Source: Gordius albopunctatus
Lineage: Eukaryota
Direction of reading: 5' to 3'
DNA: 64,000 nt
Assembly: GCA_964276515.1 (NCBI GenBank)
Contig: OZ193909.1
Span: forward strand, 3,348,001-3,412,000
Shown here: in pieces, positions 1 through 13,600 of the stretch
How the letters are laid out: every line of letters begins with the position of its first letter
Numbering within the stretch: the first letter of the stretch is position 1
Made by a program: the position numbers and the translations under genes
The notes under the pieces: model-generated
What the model was told of the DNA's origin: nothing
Databases searched by the model: none
The model's input: only the letters and a program-made list of their open reading frames with translations

Positions 1-39
1 AAAAACCAACTCCAAAATTATAATAGTTCCGAACAAGAT

Positions 40-2005
40 TTTATAAGAAACGGCTAGGGCGTCCTCCACAAACGACGCGCACTGCATACCCCGCCCGTGC
101 AATGTAAAAATACACTAGGGTTACTGCCCAACTCACAACAATGGCGGTTAAGGATATTAGTTGTTGAAAGAATGCGAATAATGTGCTGGAATGTGGGAAC
201 GTTGACGGGGAAAGCATCGAGGTCGTACAAATGCTAAAAAGAAGAAAGGTACACATCGCCTGCCTAAAAGAGACGAGGTGTAATGGAACGAAAGTACGGG
301 AATTAGGAGAATGATACAAGCTTTTCTACAGTGGGTCAACAAATCGTAGAAACGGGGTTGTATCGTTCTAAGCGAATCGTTCAAGGACAAGGTGGTGGAA
401 GTCAAGCGTTGTTCCGACAGGCTAATGTGGGTGAAGATTGCAGATGAAGGGGGCCTCCTAACCGTTATGCGCGCGTATGCTCCCCAAATTGGGTGTTCGG
501 AATCAGAGAAAGACATATTCTTCGATTCATTGGAAAAGAAAATACAAGGAATAGGACAGGAAGAAAGGTTAATTATTGGCGCAGATTTCAACGCTCACGT
601 AGGGAAAGATCGCCTCGGGTATGAACGCAATCATGGAGGCTATGGGCATGGTCTGAAGAATAAAGAAGGGGAAAAACTTCTCCAAGTATTCTAAGCATAT
701 GACATGGCGATCGTTAATACCTATTTTCAAAAACGCGAAGGTCATATTGTTATCTATAGAAGTGGGAAGCATTTCAGTCAAATTGACTATTTGCTTGTAC
801 GGCGAAAGGACTTATGGAATATCAAGGATTGCAAAGTAATACCGGAGAATAAATCGCCAGGCAACATCGTCCCCTTGTTATGGATCATGACGGAAAAGTA
901 TTAATCGATAGAAGAAATTTTTATGAACTTAGAATTCGATACGAAAGGCTAACGTCGACGAACGAAGAATACCATCAAAATGCCTCCTCACTCTTGGGTG
1001 CAAGGAAGTTGCAAAGGGACGTAGACGACGATTGGGAGACGTTATCTAAGGACATTAAGGCGAACGCGATTCGTGTTCTAGGACAGACCAAAGGAGGCAA
1101 AGCTATGAATAGGGAACTATAGTGGTGGGATCAATCGGTTAGGGATTTCATCGAAAGAAAGAAAAATCTATATAGACGGTGGCATAAATCAAAAACTTCC
1201 GTAGATTATCAAGAGTATAGGGACGCAAAGAGGACTGCAAAAAAGGCCGTTGCAATAGCGAAGAATGCCTCTTACACCGAGATGGCAAACAAACTGGATC
1301 ATAAAGGGGGGCTCTAGGCTTATGTACAAATTGGCCAAGATAAGGGAGAAGAAAAGTCGCGATGTCGGAGTTCTTAAAATAGTCAAAAACGAGAAGGGTC
1401 TAACATTATTCAAGACGAAAGAAGTGATGGAAAGGTAGAAATGATATTTTAAGAAACTTATGAATATTGCAAATGACAAGGATTCCCTCCTTCCCAAAAT
1501 TGAGCCAAATATAAGTATGGTCGAACTCTTTCAGGGGGATGAAGTTAGGACACAGATGAACAAGAAGCAAAAAGGAAAAGCAAATGGCCCAGATGAAATA
1601 GGTATGGAAGCATTGTTCGGATGTTGTGAAGAAGGAGTCACCACCATGACGAACCTCCTTAACAAGATATTGGTAGGAGAGCCAATTCCTAAACAATGGA
1701 GAGCAAGCACGATTATACACTTATTTAAAGGCAAAGGAGACCCTCAAGACTGTGACAATTACAGTACAGTGGTATCAACCTAACTTGCCACTCCTTGAAG
1801 CTTATGGAAAGGATCTTAGTAACAAGGCTGAAAAACGAGGTGGAAATATCGGCTAATCAATTTGAATTTGTGGCTGGCGAATCCACAATCGACCAATCTT
1901 CGCACTAAGACTAAGATAAATGATGGATAAGTATGGTGAAAAGAGGAAAGACCTACATATGGTCTTTATCGACTTGGAGAAAGCTTATGACACGGTCCCC
2001 CGCGA
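40..2005 (+). mobile_element. Degraded RTE-clade non-LTR retrotransposon (AP endonuclease plus start of RT), 3' end missing
   Basis: Frameshifted ORF pieces read MRIMCWNVGTL, ETR, AYAPQ, GADFNAHVG, SQIDY (APE endonuclease), then KANGPDEI, FKGKGD and [13 protein letters not shown] (RT). Many stops and frameshifts; sequence stops at about 2005. 5' boundary approximate. Confidence 0.9.
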
Positions 2006-2010
2006 ATCAC

Positions 2011-2660
2011 TGTTAATTTTATAAACATCAAATAATTATAAATCGGAACATTATAAAAACAGACTTTTGACCTTATAAAACATAAATAAATCTAATTGAT
2101 TTTGTAATGGGCTTTTAGCGGGCCTTACGTATATCTTAACAGGCCTGAAACCGTAAGGTTGTATTAAGTTCCGTCTAGGCCCACCCCGTTGTTTATTTTA
2201 AAGCAGATGCCCGGCCCACGGGTGGGCAGTTCAGGTCTCTAGTAGTAGTTTTAAAAAAAGTACGCATTTAATTCCTAGTGTTAAAGGGAAGGGGGGGGAC
2301 CTTAAGTGTGTGAAAATTCGTCAATGTAAAAAGATATAAGTGGAATTCATTGAGCTAGGGTAAAAAATCTTTTAATGAATTTCTATCCACTTTATTTAGA
2401 AATCAAATTTATTAAACTAAAATTTTACCGATTATGCAAGTTATTGACGTTTGAAAAACGCTGTAATCGGTCAAATTTGACAGCAAATATTTGAAAAAAT
2501 TGACGTATAGAGAATAAACTAAAAATATATTTGTGTTCACCGTTAAAAACTTTACCAGAATCTGCAAACAGTTTGCCGGTGGATTTTAAATGTCCATTTT
2601 TATTAAAATTACCTTTTAATCGTTTAAAAACACACTACTGGTTCGTGTAGATAGTAGTGT
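2011..2660. repeat. Interspersed repeat, paralogous to 12987-13600
   Basis: Shared blocks such as ataaacatcaaata..attataaat.ggaacatt, ttaattcctagtgttaaa and aaatatatttgtgttca..accagaatctg occur at both sites in the same order. Confidence 0.7.
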
Positions 2661-3434
2661 TGTAAAAACGGCTGTCTGGTTTTCCCCAGCGTGTTGCCAA
2701 GCCTGGTAATTGGTGTATAAATCAGATACCAGAAATTCCCGGCCCGCTGCCCGGCCAACTGTCTTAAATTTTAATTTTCGGGCGGGCACGCTGATAAGAT
2801 TCGGGCATAAATTCTAGATTGTATATCGCGTTCGCGAATGCTGCCACACCCCATGTTAAATCTTTGCCCCATCCATTTATTTCAGATCCCTAGCTACGTT
2901 TATGGAGGATTAAATTATTTATATTTATGCAGCCATTTCATTGTTCGCAATACACATGTGTGTGCCGTCTAGACTTAAAACAGAGGCGTCATGCCATTTT
3001 CACACAATGTATGCGGCGAATATAAGTGTTTAATTCTAATTCATTAATTTTTTTAACAAATAAAATTTCGTTCAGCCTTTTTGATTCCTACTTATTTTTA
3101 TAATAAATAATTAATTCACAACCATTCTTTTTTTGCTTCAAATAAAAAATTTTATTGTAAAAGTAAGTAACACTAATTTAAATAATTTTTTATTTATCAA
3201 TTAAAATTGTGTGACCTATGATTGGTTTTGCCAGCGATGATATAATATTTTTTTAAAAAAACTCTGGGCAAATTTTTTTGCATTAATTTAGGAAATTTGA
3301 TTTGTCCGTTCCAAGTTTATGCAAATGTTGTACCTGTCTATTGGTTTTTAAGCTTTATATTTATAAATATTTTTATTATATAAAATATCGTGCTTGATCT
3401 TAACTCTTAATTAGATTTAAAATTTTATTAATCA

Positions 3435-3755
3435 AGCCGGACAGCTCTAATGGTTCGGACATGGCCGAGCGGACACTTAGAATGGTTCAGGCGGACAATT
3501 TAGTTAAAAATTTGGGTCGGGCCGGGTTCGGGCAGAAAAATTTAAACAAATCTGACCTCTGTTTGGGATCTCATAAATTCGGGACTAACGAGCAAATTTA
3601 ATATTTCGGGCCGGGCAATTCGGGCAGCTTTAACGATTCGGGCGGGCCCGGGCGGACACTTAGATGGGTTTGGGCGGGCCCAGGCGGGCAATGAAGTTAA
3701 AAATTGAATCGGGGCGGGTTTGGACAGAAAATTCCAAACAAATCTGACCTCTGGT
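3435..3755. repeat. hAT-like MITE remnants rich in CGGGC/CGGAC subterminal motifs
   Basis: Repeated gggcgggc/tcgggc motifs; terminal string aaacaaatctgacctctg appears twice (about 3544-3561 and 3736-3753). Confidence 0.5.
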
Positions 3756-3819
3756 ATAAATCACGCCTAACCCTTTTAGTGTTGGGGTGAAGTTTTTTGG
3801 TTCGCCCTTGGTGTAACAC

Positions 3820-5812
3820 AGAAAAGGAAACACTTCTCCAAGTATCCCAAGCATACGAAATTGCGATCAAACACCTTGTTTTCAAAACCGCGAAGATCAT
3901 CTTGTGACTTATAGAAGTGGGAAGCATTTTAGTCAAATAGACTATCTGCTCAAACGGCAAAAGGATTTATGGAGTATCAAGGATTGCAAAGTAAACCCGG
4001 GAGAAGAAATTGCCATCTAACATCGTCTCCTTGTTATGGATCTTGACGGAAAAGTATTTATCGATAGAAGAAATGTCTATGAACTTTGAATTCGATACTT
4101 CGATACAAATGCTAACGCCTACTAACAAAAAACACCATCAAAAAGCCTCCTTACTCTTGCGTACAAGGAAGTTACAAAAGTACGTAGACAACGATTGAGA
4201 GACGCCAACTAAGGGCATGAAAGAAACAGCGATTTGAGTTCTAGAAGAGACCAAAGGAGGTAAAGCTATGATTAGGGAACTATGGTGGTGGGATCAATTG
4301 TTAAGGGATTTAATAAAAAGAAAGAAATAACTATATAGACGGTGGCATAAATTAAAAAGGTCGGAAGATTACCAAGTGTATGGAAAGGCAAAGAGAGCCG
4401 CAAAAAAGGCCGTTACAATAGCGAAGAATGCCGCGTACACCGAGATGGCAAACAAAGAAGACTATAAAGGGGGCGATAAGATTATGTACAGAGTATCCAA
4501 GATAAGGGTGAAGAAAATTCACGATGTCAGGGTTTTTAAAATAGTCAAAAACGAGAAGGGTCAAAGCTTATTTAAGCCGGAGGAAGTGATAAAAAGGTGG
4601 AAAGGATATCTTAAGAAACTTATGAATGTTGCAAATGACAAAGATTCCCTTCCCGATATTGAGGCAAATATAAATATGGCCCAACTCTTTTAGGATGAAA
4701 AAGTTAAGAGACAAATAAAAAAGATGCAAAAAGGAAAAGCAAATGACCCAGATGGAATACATATCGAAGCATTCCTCGGATGCCACGAAGAAAAAGTCAC
4801 GACCATGACGAACCTCTTTAACAAGATATTGGTAGAAGAGCGAATTCCCAATCAATAGAAAGCAAGCACAATTTTATTCTTATTTATATGCTAAGCAGAC
4901 TCTCAGGACTGTGGCAATTACAGAGGTATCAAGATACCTTGCCAATCACTTAAGATTATGGAAATGATTTAGTAACAAGGCTGAAAAACTAGTTGGAGAT
5001 ATCGACTAACCAATTCGAATTTGTGGCCAGCAAATCCATAATCGACCCTTTCTTCGCACTAAGACAAATGATGGATAAATATGGTGAAAAGAGAAGAGAC
5101 CTACAAATGGTCTTCATCAACGAAAGCATGACACGGTCCCCCGAGATTTAATATGGTGGTGCCTGAGGAAACAAAATATCCCTACCGCATATGGCCTATG
5201 AAATATATTTATGAAGCCATTCTTGCGTTAGTACGACAGTTGGAGACTCTAAGCCTTTTTTATTTAAAATTGGATTACATAAAGGATCTGCTCTAAGTCT
5301 TTTTTTATTTAATATAATTATGGACACGATAACGAGAGATATTCAAAAAACCATGGCCATGATGTTTGCTATATGCCGATGATATAGTACTATGCGAAGA
5401 AACAAAGGAGAAAGTATTCGAAGAAGCCAAAAAGTGGTCAAAGCGTTGAGCTGTATATGGTTTAAAGGTCAAAAATCGGAAAGTAATATACATGGAAATG
5501 AACGTTACAGACAGCCCATCGCTGGATGAATCTAAAGTACCAAAAAGTAGACAGGTGTACATATTGGCTCGATGCTATATTAAGAGGGAGGTTGTGCAAC
5601 AGAAGTCAATGCTCGGATCCAAAAAGAATAACTTAATGGCAAAGTATATCTGGTGTAATGTGCGACAAGAAAATGGCAATATGGTTTAAGAGCAAGGCTT
5701 CAAAATCCATCGTAAGACCAGTCTATGGAAGTGAAAAATGGGCATTAAACACCACGGAATAAAAGCTATTACAAGCCACAGAGATGAGAATGATAGGGTG
5801 GAGCTTGGGGTT
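3820..5812 (+). mobile_element. Degraded RTE LINE, second copy of the family at 40-2005
   Basis: Colinear similarity to 660-2005 (agaagtgggaagcatt, atcaaggattgcaaagt, agggaactat.gtggtgggatcaat), continuing through LLYADDIVL and the post-RT region; many stops. Confidence 0.9.
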
Positions 5813-6274
5813 AGGAATAGCATTCATTGCTGCAGCATTGCATTTCCATTGCAATGCAATAAATGATGGCGCTAAAAGAATAATTCGAATAAATTTTTTA
5901 GACAATCTACACATTGATTAAATAAAAAAATCAAATGTATAATAATAAGAAAACATTTTCTCTACATTTTAATTTAATATATTAAGAAATAATTTATTTC
6001 TTCATTAAAAAATAAATATATTAATATCTAAAAAATAATATACTCTTATTTCACCCCTATACTTCAAAACATTAACCCCAGGTCAACCTAACCCCACCCC
6101 GGGTTAAGGTTTGGGTGTATAAAAGATCTTAAGGTTATTAAGGTCTTTTTGGGGTTCCACGCCAGGTTTGGGTTGGGGAATCTGAAAGACCTTAAAGGTC
6201 TTTTTCTAACCTTAACCCAAAACCCACCTCGGGTTTGACCTCGGGAAAACCCAACCTAGGTTTTGATCACCACT

Positions 6275-7938
6275 AGAGGAGAAAGATTGATCTACAAAAT
6301 CGCAAAGTCAAGGGCCCGAAATTCTAAAGATTACCTAGAATGCCGGCTAATCAAGGGTCAAAAGGGAGAAATACTAACACACGACAGCTATATACTACAA
6401 AGATGATAATGATACGACTATTATAGCGATTTATCAATTGGAAAGGGGCCTGTAGTCGAAGACACTAACCAGGAAAATACAATATGAGAATTAAACACAG
6501 CGGACTGGATCACGGAAACGGAATTCAAAGTTTCTATTGGTAAACTAAAGTCAGGAAAAGCTCTTGGACACGACAATATACCAATAGAGCAAAGCGTTAG
6601 GCAATACTGGTGCACAATTTCTCGCCAACCTTTTCAACAATATCTTGAAAACGGGTAAAATGCCTAACGAGTGGAGGGATAGCTAAATGATCCCGATATA
6701 CAAGATGAAAGGGGATATTAAGGATTGTAACAATTACAGAGGGATAAAGCTCATGAGTCACACTTTCAAGGTGTGGGAAAAAGTGATCGAAAAACGGCTT
6801 CGGAGTTTGGTTCAAATTTGAGATAAGCAATTCGGATTTATGTCGGACAGGTCTACAGCAGACGCCCTAAACAATGTTAGAAAATTAATTGAACGGTTTA
6901 AAGAAAGGGAAGAGGATTTGCACATGTGTTTCATCGATCTAGAAAAAGCGTTCGATAAAGTTCCTCGTAATTTAGTTTGGAAATGTCTTGAAGAAAACAA
7001 TGTGCGAGAAGTATACGTCAGGGCAATAAAAGATATATACAAGGGAAATAGAACGTACTTTAGAACAACGGTGGAGACTACAAAAGGCTTTGCCATCAAC
7101 ACTGGAGTTCATCAAGGTTCAGCTCTTAGTCCCTTCCTATTCATAATGATAATGGATAACATTACCAAGGATTTAGGCGAGGAAGCTCCTTGGGCAATGA
7201 TAAATGCAATAGAAGAAAGTGGTCTCAGAGTAAATCGAAAGAAAACAGAATACATGAAGACAAAGTTTAAATCGGATGAAAACCAGCAAATTGCATCCCT
7301 TACTTTAGGCGATTGGCAACTTACAAGCGTGGATTCCTTCAAATAATTAGGATCAACACTTCAATCGGATGGTGGAATAGATAAAAAAATCCAAGCAAGG
7401 ATAAATTCCGGATGGCTCAAGTAGAGGGACTTGACAGGTGTTCTGTGTGACAAAAACACCCCGAGAAGACTAAAAGGCGCACTGTTTAAACCCATCATAC
7501 AGCCAACAGTCCTGTATAGCTCGGAATCATGGGCTATACGTAAAAGAGAAGAGCAACGTCTTGCGGCCATGGAGATGACAATGCTAAGATGGGTGCTAGG
7601 AGTAAACAAAAAGGACCATAGGCGAAATGAAGAAATAGGAAGAATTTTGGGTACTACATCAATTGCGACAAAACTACTAACAAATAGAATAAGATGGTAT
7701 GGCCATGTCGGAATAAGGTAGGATAGCTACGTAGGAAAGAAAATCGAGATGATAAATTTCGCAGGAAAATGATGGAGAGGAAGATCCAAGCTTACCTAGA
7801 TTCATAAAATACGACATGATATGAAAGTCCACAAGATAAAGAAAGATCTATGTAAACATAGAAACAAATGGAAACAAATGCTGAAAGGGTGTGACCACCA
7901 GCCTAGGTGACAAGCAGTCAGAAAAAAGAAGAAAAAGA
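6275..7938 (+). mobile_element. 5'-truncated degraded RTE LINE (different subfamily) with A/GAA-rich tail
   Basis: ORF pieces NYRGIKLMSH, FIDLEKAFDKVPR, GVHQGSALSPFLF, GVLCDK, RIRWYGHV; the YADD segment is deleted; ends gaaaaaagaagaaaaaga at about 7921-7938. Confidence 0.9.
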
Positions 7939-8819
7939 TTTGAAGGTATAATATGTTAGCCGCCATCTATAGTATATTTTGTTTAGACTACAAATATAGT
8001 AGAACACATCATCTAAAATGACATCTTAGGTTATAAAATTAAGTTTGCTATTTTATTATATAATTAGTCTGCGAATAGATGGTTACCAAAACCAGATAGA
8101 ACATCAGAGGTCGGATTAAATATTTATTAATCAATAAATTAGAATAAATAGTATTGAGATAAACTAGAAAAATCATATCACATGATATAAAATAGAATTA
8201 ATTATTAAAATGGCTGCTTACATATTTATTTTAATATATCAGGTGTTGTGTGGCTATCCGTTATGAATTCCATTTCGCATTTTAGAAATTGAGACCGGTT
8301 TTCACGCATATTCATACGCATATAATATGTACCCAAATTAATAAAAATAAAATTTAAGGGAGTTAATTATAATTTTTAAATGTAAATTACACTTTTAAGC
8401 TTTATGATTTTTCTTTTGTGTTGAGTTCGTTGCCATCTACCTTAATTATTCGCATCTATTAATTGCTTATGCGCATGCTCAGTTATAAGTGTGACTGAAC
8501 CCTCCGCGTTTAGTAAGTTTTCCAATATTATTATCGTTTATTTTGTAAATTTTATATTCTAATTCTTTGTAGCCTTCCGCTACCAAGCATTTTAATGTGC
8601 ATACTTTGTTTACCTTATGTATACATCCTAGATTTGAGAGTGGCATGGTTGCGCGGAGTGGGTGGCTAAAAAATTATTTGAATGTTAAAAATAGTATGAA
8701 AAATAATTAATGCGGGAAAGTTCTAGGGAAATAGATATAGTTGTGATGAAGAAAAATATCTTATCTGCAATAATTAGATATATTAATTAAAATGCTATTA
8801 GATTTCTCTCGACAACCAT

Positions 8820-11643
8820 ATGGATGGAGGTCGCAACGATTCAAAGATCTGGTATTAAATAGCTTAATTTATTTACATTGCGCTTTTAAAGGGAGATAAG
8901 AAATAATACTGGACAAAATTTGCAAAAAGTAACACAAATTTATATTATATGTAATCTGTTTTTAGATGGTGGTATTAAATTCAACCTTTAATGGCTTGGC
9001 AAATCTCATTCCCTCCACATATCCGATTTCGCAGCAGCCTACAGTTGTGGGGCAGAATCTTAAACGAAAAGCTGATCATTTTTCTTGTGATACAAGGCCT
9101 AAAATTATTTGTCAAAGCCCTTCACCAGCAAATAATATAATAGTCAATTCTTCTTCTGATATGACAGGAGGGATGAGAAATGGAAATATGAATTTAAATT
9201 ACAAAACTCATTTGCTAAAGGCTTATTTGCCACAATCTCAACCAGGAAAAATCACTCGAACTTTTAAACTACCAAATTCCTTTAATAGTTTAGCAACTCC
9301 TCCCCAACAATATGTAATTAAAAATGTCCAAGGAAATAAAACAAATTTTGTACCAAATCAACCTTTAAATAAATTATCTAGTTATCAATCATATATACCT
9401 TCTAAAGTTAATGGTGCAAGAGATTCAACTATACAAAACCAGTATATTTTAGTTCAAACATCAATTGGGCCTACCCTTATACCTATATCTCAAGTTAAAA
9501 GCAAAGTCATTGTAAATAATCACAATGTAACCTCCAATGTTGAAAGCAAAAAATATCAAAATAATCCCTTACAAAATCTTTCACTCTTAGCATCATTACA
9601 AACACAACCAAATAAAAATGAGATGCTTAAATGTTCAAACACTTCTATCCCCCAACAAAATTTACTTTCTCAAATAAAACTAATATCATCAACACCATTT
9701 ACTCACTCAAATTTAAATTGTGCTTCTACTAATATAAGTACATTAAGACAAGATAGTTTTATAAAGGCCCTAAATATTATCAATGACAGTCAAATTAGAA
9801 CTTCTAGCCATATCTCTAATTATCACTCTTCATCCAGCCATGCCTCGTTTCTGGGCAAAAATCATGTGCAAACCTCATTTGTTAATAATTACCATTTACC
9901 TCCTAATACTAGACAAGTGAGTGTTCCTCAAAGCTGCAATTTACCAAAAATTAATCCGTAAGTCACACTGATTTTTATTATATGTATTCATTAAGTTATT
10001 CAGAACAACTTATTAAAGAGTATGAAATGCTCAATAAACCCAAATTTGATCAATGTTGTACCCGAGATGCAATTCATATGCTACTTCCCTATCATGTCTA
10101 TTATACTGAAGAGTTCTTGCTTCCAGATTCAAGTTATTTTTCTCACTTTGTTTAAATTTATGTTTGCTCATTTTTAGTAAATAACTTGGCCTAAAAATTT
10201 TAGACAAATATCTGTTATGACTTCTGATTCTCATATATAATTCTTTTTCCGGACAACATTTTTTGGTTATTTCTTCTAAAAGTCACTTTATAACTTTTAA
10301 TATGATACAATCAATTTTTTGGTAGATCCTTATCATATAGTTTTATTACAACATTTATTAATAAATTTATTTGAATATTGAAGTAATAAACTAGGATACA
10401 CAAATTAGGGGTTAAAAGTTTTTTTTGTTTTTTATTGCAACAAATCTTAATTTACTTAAATATTCTATACTTTAATTATAATAGATGAAAAGGTACTCTG
10501 TGATTTATTCAAAACATTGGAACACAAAAAATCTACCCTTTTCAAAAAATATCACAAACTATATATGGACAATTCAACAGTAAATTACATCCTTTATTTA
10601 TAGATTATATTTCTTTAGAAAGATAACAACACCTTAGAAAATATTATGATTGACCGGTTATGGCTATCTTCTGAAAGAGAAACACTAGCGCATGAAAGAC
10701 AAATTTCTGCAACACAGGGTAATGAACCATGTCACATAAAATTTCAAATTTTTATCTGTTGAATTTTGCATAAAAATTATTTAAAAAATGATAACAAAAG
10801 GTTTAAAAATGTATCACTTCTTGACTTATACAAATTTTGTACCATATTGGGCTTAATTTTGTTAAAAAGTTCCACCTAGACAGTAATTTCTCACATCAGT
10901 ATAACAAACTTTTTACAGAATAGATAAATTGAAAAAACTGTATTTTACATTTAATTAATGTAAAGAGAACAATACGGTCTTGCCCATAGTTCACAAACCT
11001 GATGATATTACACATCCTAATATATTTCTCATTATTAATATGCGTAGGGTCCTATGTTTATTAGCGTGGCTTTTAATTCAATGCATCGTTTATAACCAAA
11101 TTTTATATATATCCTACCATATTTATATCCATATTTTAAGGTCCTGACAAATTACTGGAATACCTCAAACAACAATCTATAAGGCGCTCGCCTCATCCAA
11201 CTACTCTCCCCCTTGTCGACTCCAATAACAACGATATAAAGACGCCCAATATTTTGGGTAGTTTAATTAAAAACGCAATTTTTGACGAAGATCTTCCCGC
11301 AAAATCGGCCCGCGATTGGGGGGAGAATGGGCAAATAAATGACAGAGTCAATCTGCCGCACCCTTTAACTAATAACTCTTTTGTTCCCGGTGAAAAATTG
11401 CGGCAAACTACTTTACATGCTACATCCACCCATTTATCTCAAGCTGGAGTGGTGGTGGGTGCTGAGAAAGAATTAAAAACTATAGATATGACCCTTGATT
11501 CCTCCGATTCATTGTGTCAGGGAAATGAATATAATAACGACTCGAGACTTTTACTTGCAGATATTTACGACGACCCTAACCACAATTTTCCCCAATCTTC
11601 CGACCTGGCATTGGAAGAAGCGGTCAATAGTATTTTGTACTAA
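8820..11643 (+). CDS. BICRA: BICRA/GLTSCR1-family protein (ncBAF/GBAF subunit), 7 coding exons, about 631 aa
   Basis: Exons 8820-8851, 8892-8928, 8966-9957, 9996-10132, 10485-10579, 10619-10718, 11141-11643 join in phase (1896 nt) through GT-AG introns. The spliced product has the GLTSCR1 domain motifs DAIHMLLPYHVY, FKKYHKL and ENIMIDRLWLSSERETL after a Q/N/S/P-rich region. The first two exons are less certain. Confidence 0.85.
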
Positions 11644-12099
11644 TTGTGTGTGTACGCTGTGATTATATCGAGGCATTTTGATTATTTATTTTTTCCCCCA
11701 AATCGATCTGTATATATTTACCATACATACATATGTACCACAAATCTTTGTTATTTATTGTTAAATTAATGCATGCATATACCATAAATTGTACAAATGA
11801 AAGTGCGTTAGTCACAGCTATTGACTTGACCATTTATTTTTGCTATTTTTTATATTAGATGGGAGTTGAGATTCAGAAAGGTGCTTGGCATTTAAGTTCC
11901 AGTTTAATGAAAAATAGCTTATGTAGCAGTATGAAAACTGTTATAATCGCCAATACTATCCAATTCCCGAACTTAGATTAAGCTAAATTATATTAAATTT
12001 GGTGATGTAAAGATAATAATACGTTGCTAGAAAACATGGCAATAGGCCTCTAGCCCCTATATTTCTTAATTTCCTTTTTAAGCTCGATGATAAATACTA

Positions 12100-12262
12100 T
12101 CTGCTGTTGTAAGTCGACTTAACATAAATAGCCTAAAGATTGTCTGCTCTTATTTTCTAAGTCCACCTCTAGGGCTAAAGGAAATTTTAGTCGACCGTTA
12201 GTTTTACTTAAAGACCAAGGGTTGACCAACAAATAAAACCCAAGCCGTTTTTACAACATTAC
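12100..12262. mobile_element. MITE family 2 copy (TAGwGTTGTAAAAACG-type ends)
   Basis: Ends ccgtttttacaacatta; shares gtcgact and aaccaa core with 26665-26843 and 44214-44369. Confidence 0.5.
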
Positions 12263-12764
12263 CACTCTTAATGGAAACTGGTGCTGCGTGCTTAGGCAGC
12301 TGGATATGGCTGACAGCAAAATGGGAAAGGTTTTTTGCCGTTTTACAAAACAAGATCCCTTTTCAATTATTTTAAAAGGTCAAGCTTGTTTCAGCATTTT
12401 TCTAAATTCTTGTTTAAAAGCATTTATGTTGCGCAGTTTTATTTGCTTGAGGCTGCAAAAAAGTTGCATTTATTGACTGAAAATAACTTGTCACGACCAC
12501 AATTGTAAATTTATTAGGGAATGACTAAAATTCTTAAAACCGAAGTCAAAGTAGAAAAATAGCTTTTAAATGGAAAATTATTGTTTAGTAGAAAATTTAT
12601 TTCGACACATGATGCAAGTATCATGAAAAATGAGGTAAAAGTGCAAAAACTTTAGATGAAAAGTAGTAAAAATATCATTGCAACGAAATTATGATAAAAA
12701 GATTAAAACATTTTTAAAGATTAGTAAAGTTCAATTAGAAACAAAATGGAAGAGTTGCTAAATC

Positions 12765-13600
12765 AAACGGCAAACTTTTTGCACTATTTGGTAGAATTTT
12801 TCGCTTAGAGAGACAAATATATTTTTAATTTTTTCCCTATATACGTCTTCAAGTATTTAAAATATTTGCTGTCAAAGTTGTTACAAACAGCAATTTTGGC
12901 ATTTTCAATCGGCAATGCAAATTAATAGGCAAAATTTTAATTTAATAAATTTGATTTATAAATAAAGAGGAGCCATTAAATCATCGTTAATTTAATAAAC
13001 ATCAAATATAATTATAAATTGGAACATTGTTTAAGCAAACATTTGTTTTACTTTATAAATAAATAAAAATATAATTGATTTAGTAACGTGGCTTACTTAT
13101 ATCGAGGCCCGACCTGAGGCTGCTAGACCCGCGTTTATTTATTTTAAAGCAGAAGCCCGACCCGTGGGCCGGGTCGTGCAGGTCTCTTTTAGTAGCAGAC
13201 AAACGACAACAAGCACTTAATTCCTAGTGTTAAAATGAAGGGAGAGCGACCTTAAGTTTGGATCAATTTGTAGAGATAAGTTTATTTTGTATATATTATA
13301 TATATATCAAAAATTAATAGAGCTAAGGTTAAAAAATTTTTATGGATTTCTCTACCCTCTATTTATAACCAAAATTTATTAAACTCCAATTTTACCCATT
13401 AATTTGTAAGTTATTGAAGTTTGAAAAACGTTTGAATCGCTGTTTTTAGCAACTTTGACGGCAAATAATTTAAAAACTTGACTTAAAGGAAAAAAAATTA
13501 AAATATATTTGTGTTCATCGTAAGAAACTCTACCAGAATCTGAAAAGTTTGCCGGCTGATTTTATAAGTCCATTATTTGTTAATCACTGTAGATACTAGT
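12765..13600. repeat. Long imperfect inverted repeat / foldback-like element upstream of the mGluR-like gene
   Basis: 12765-12980 is the reverse complement of about 13330-13560 (ggcaaactt..tggtaga..acaaatatattt..tttgctgtcaaagttg vs caactttgacggcaaa..aaatatatttgt..tctaccaga..aagtttgcc). Confidence 0.65.

Noticed and set aside
41..7609. Many minus-strand ORFs over the RTE copies (also 18490-18882, 19469-19675, 19711-20067 and +19576-20070)
   Set aside because: Antisense or off-frame shadows of retrotransposon ORFs.
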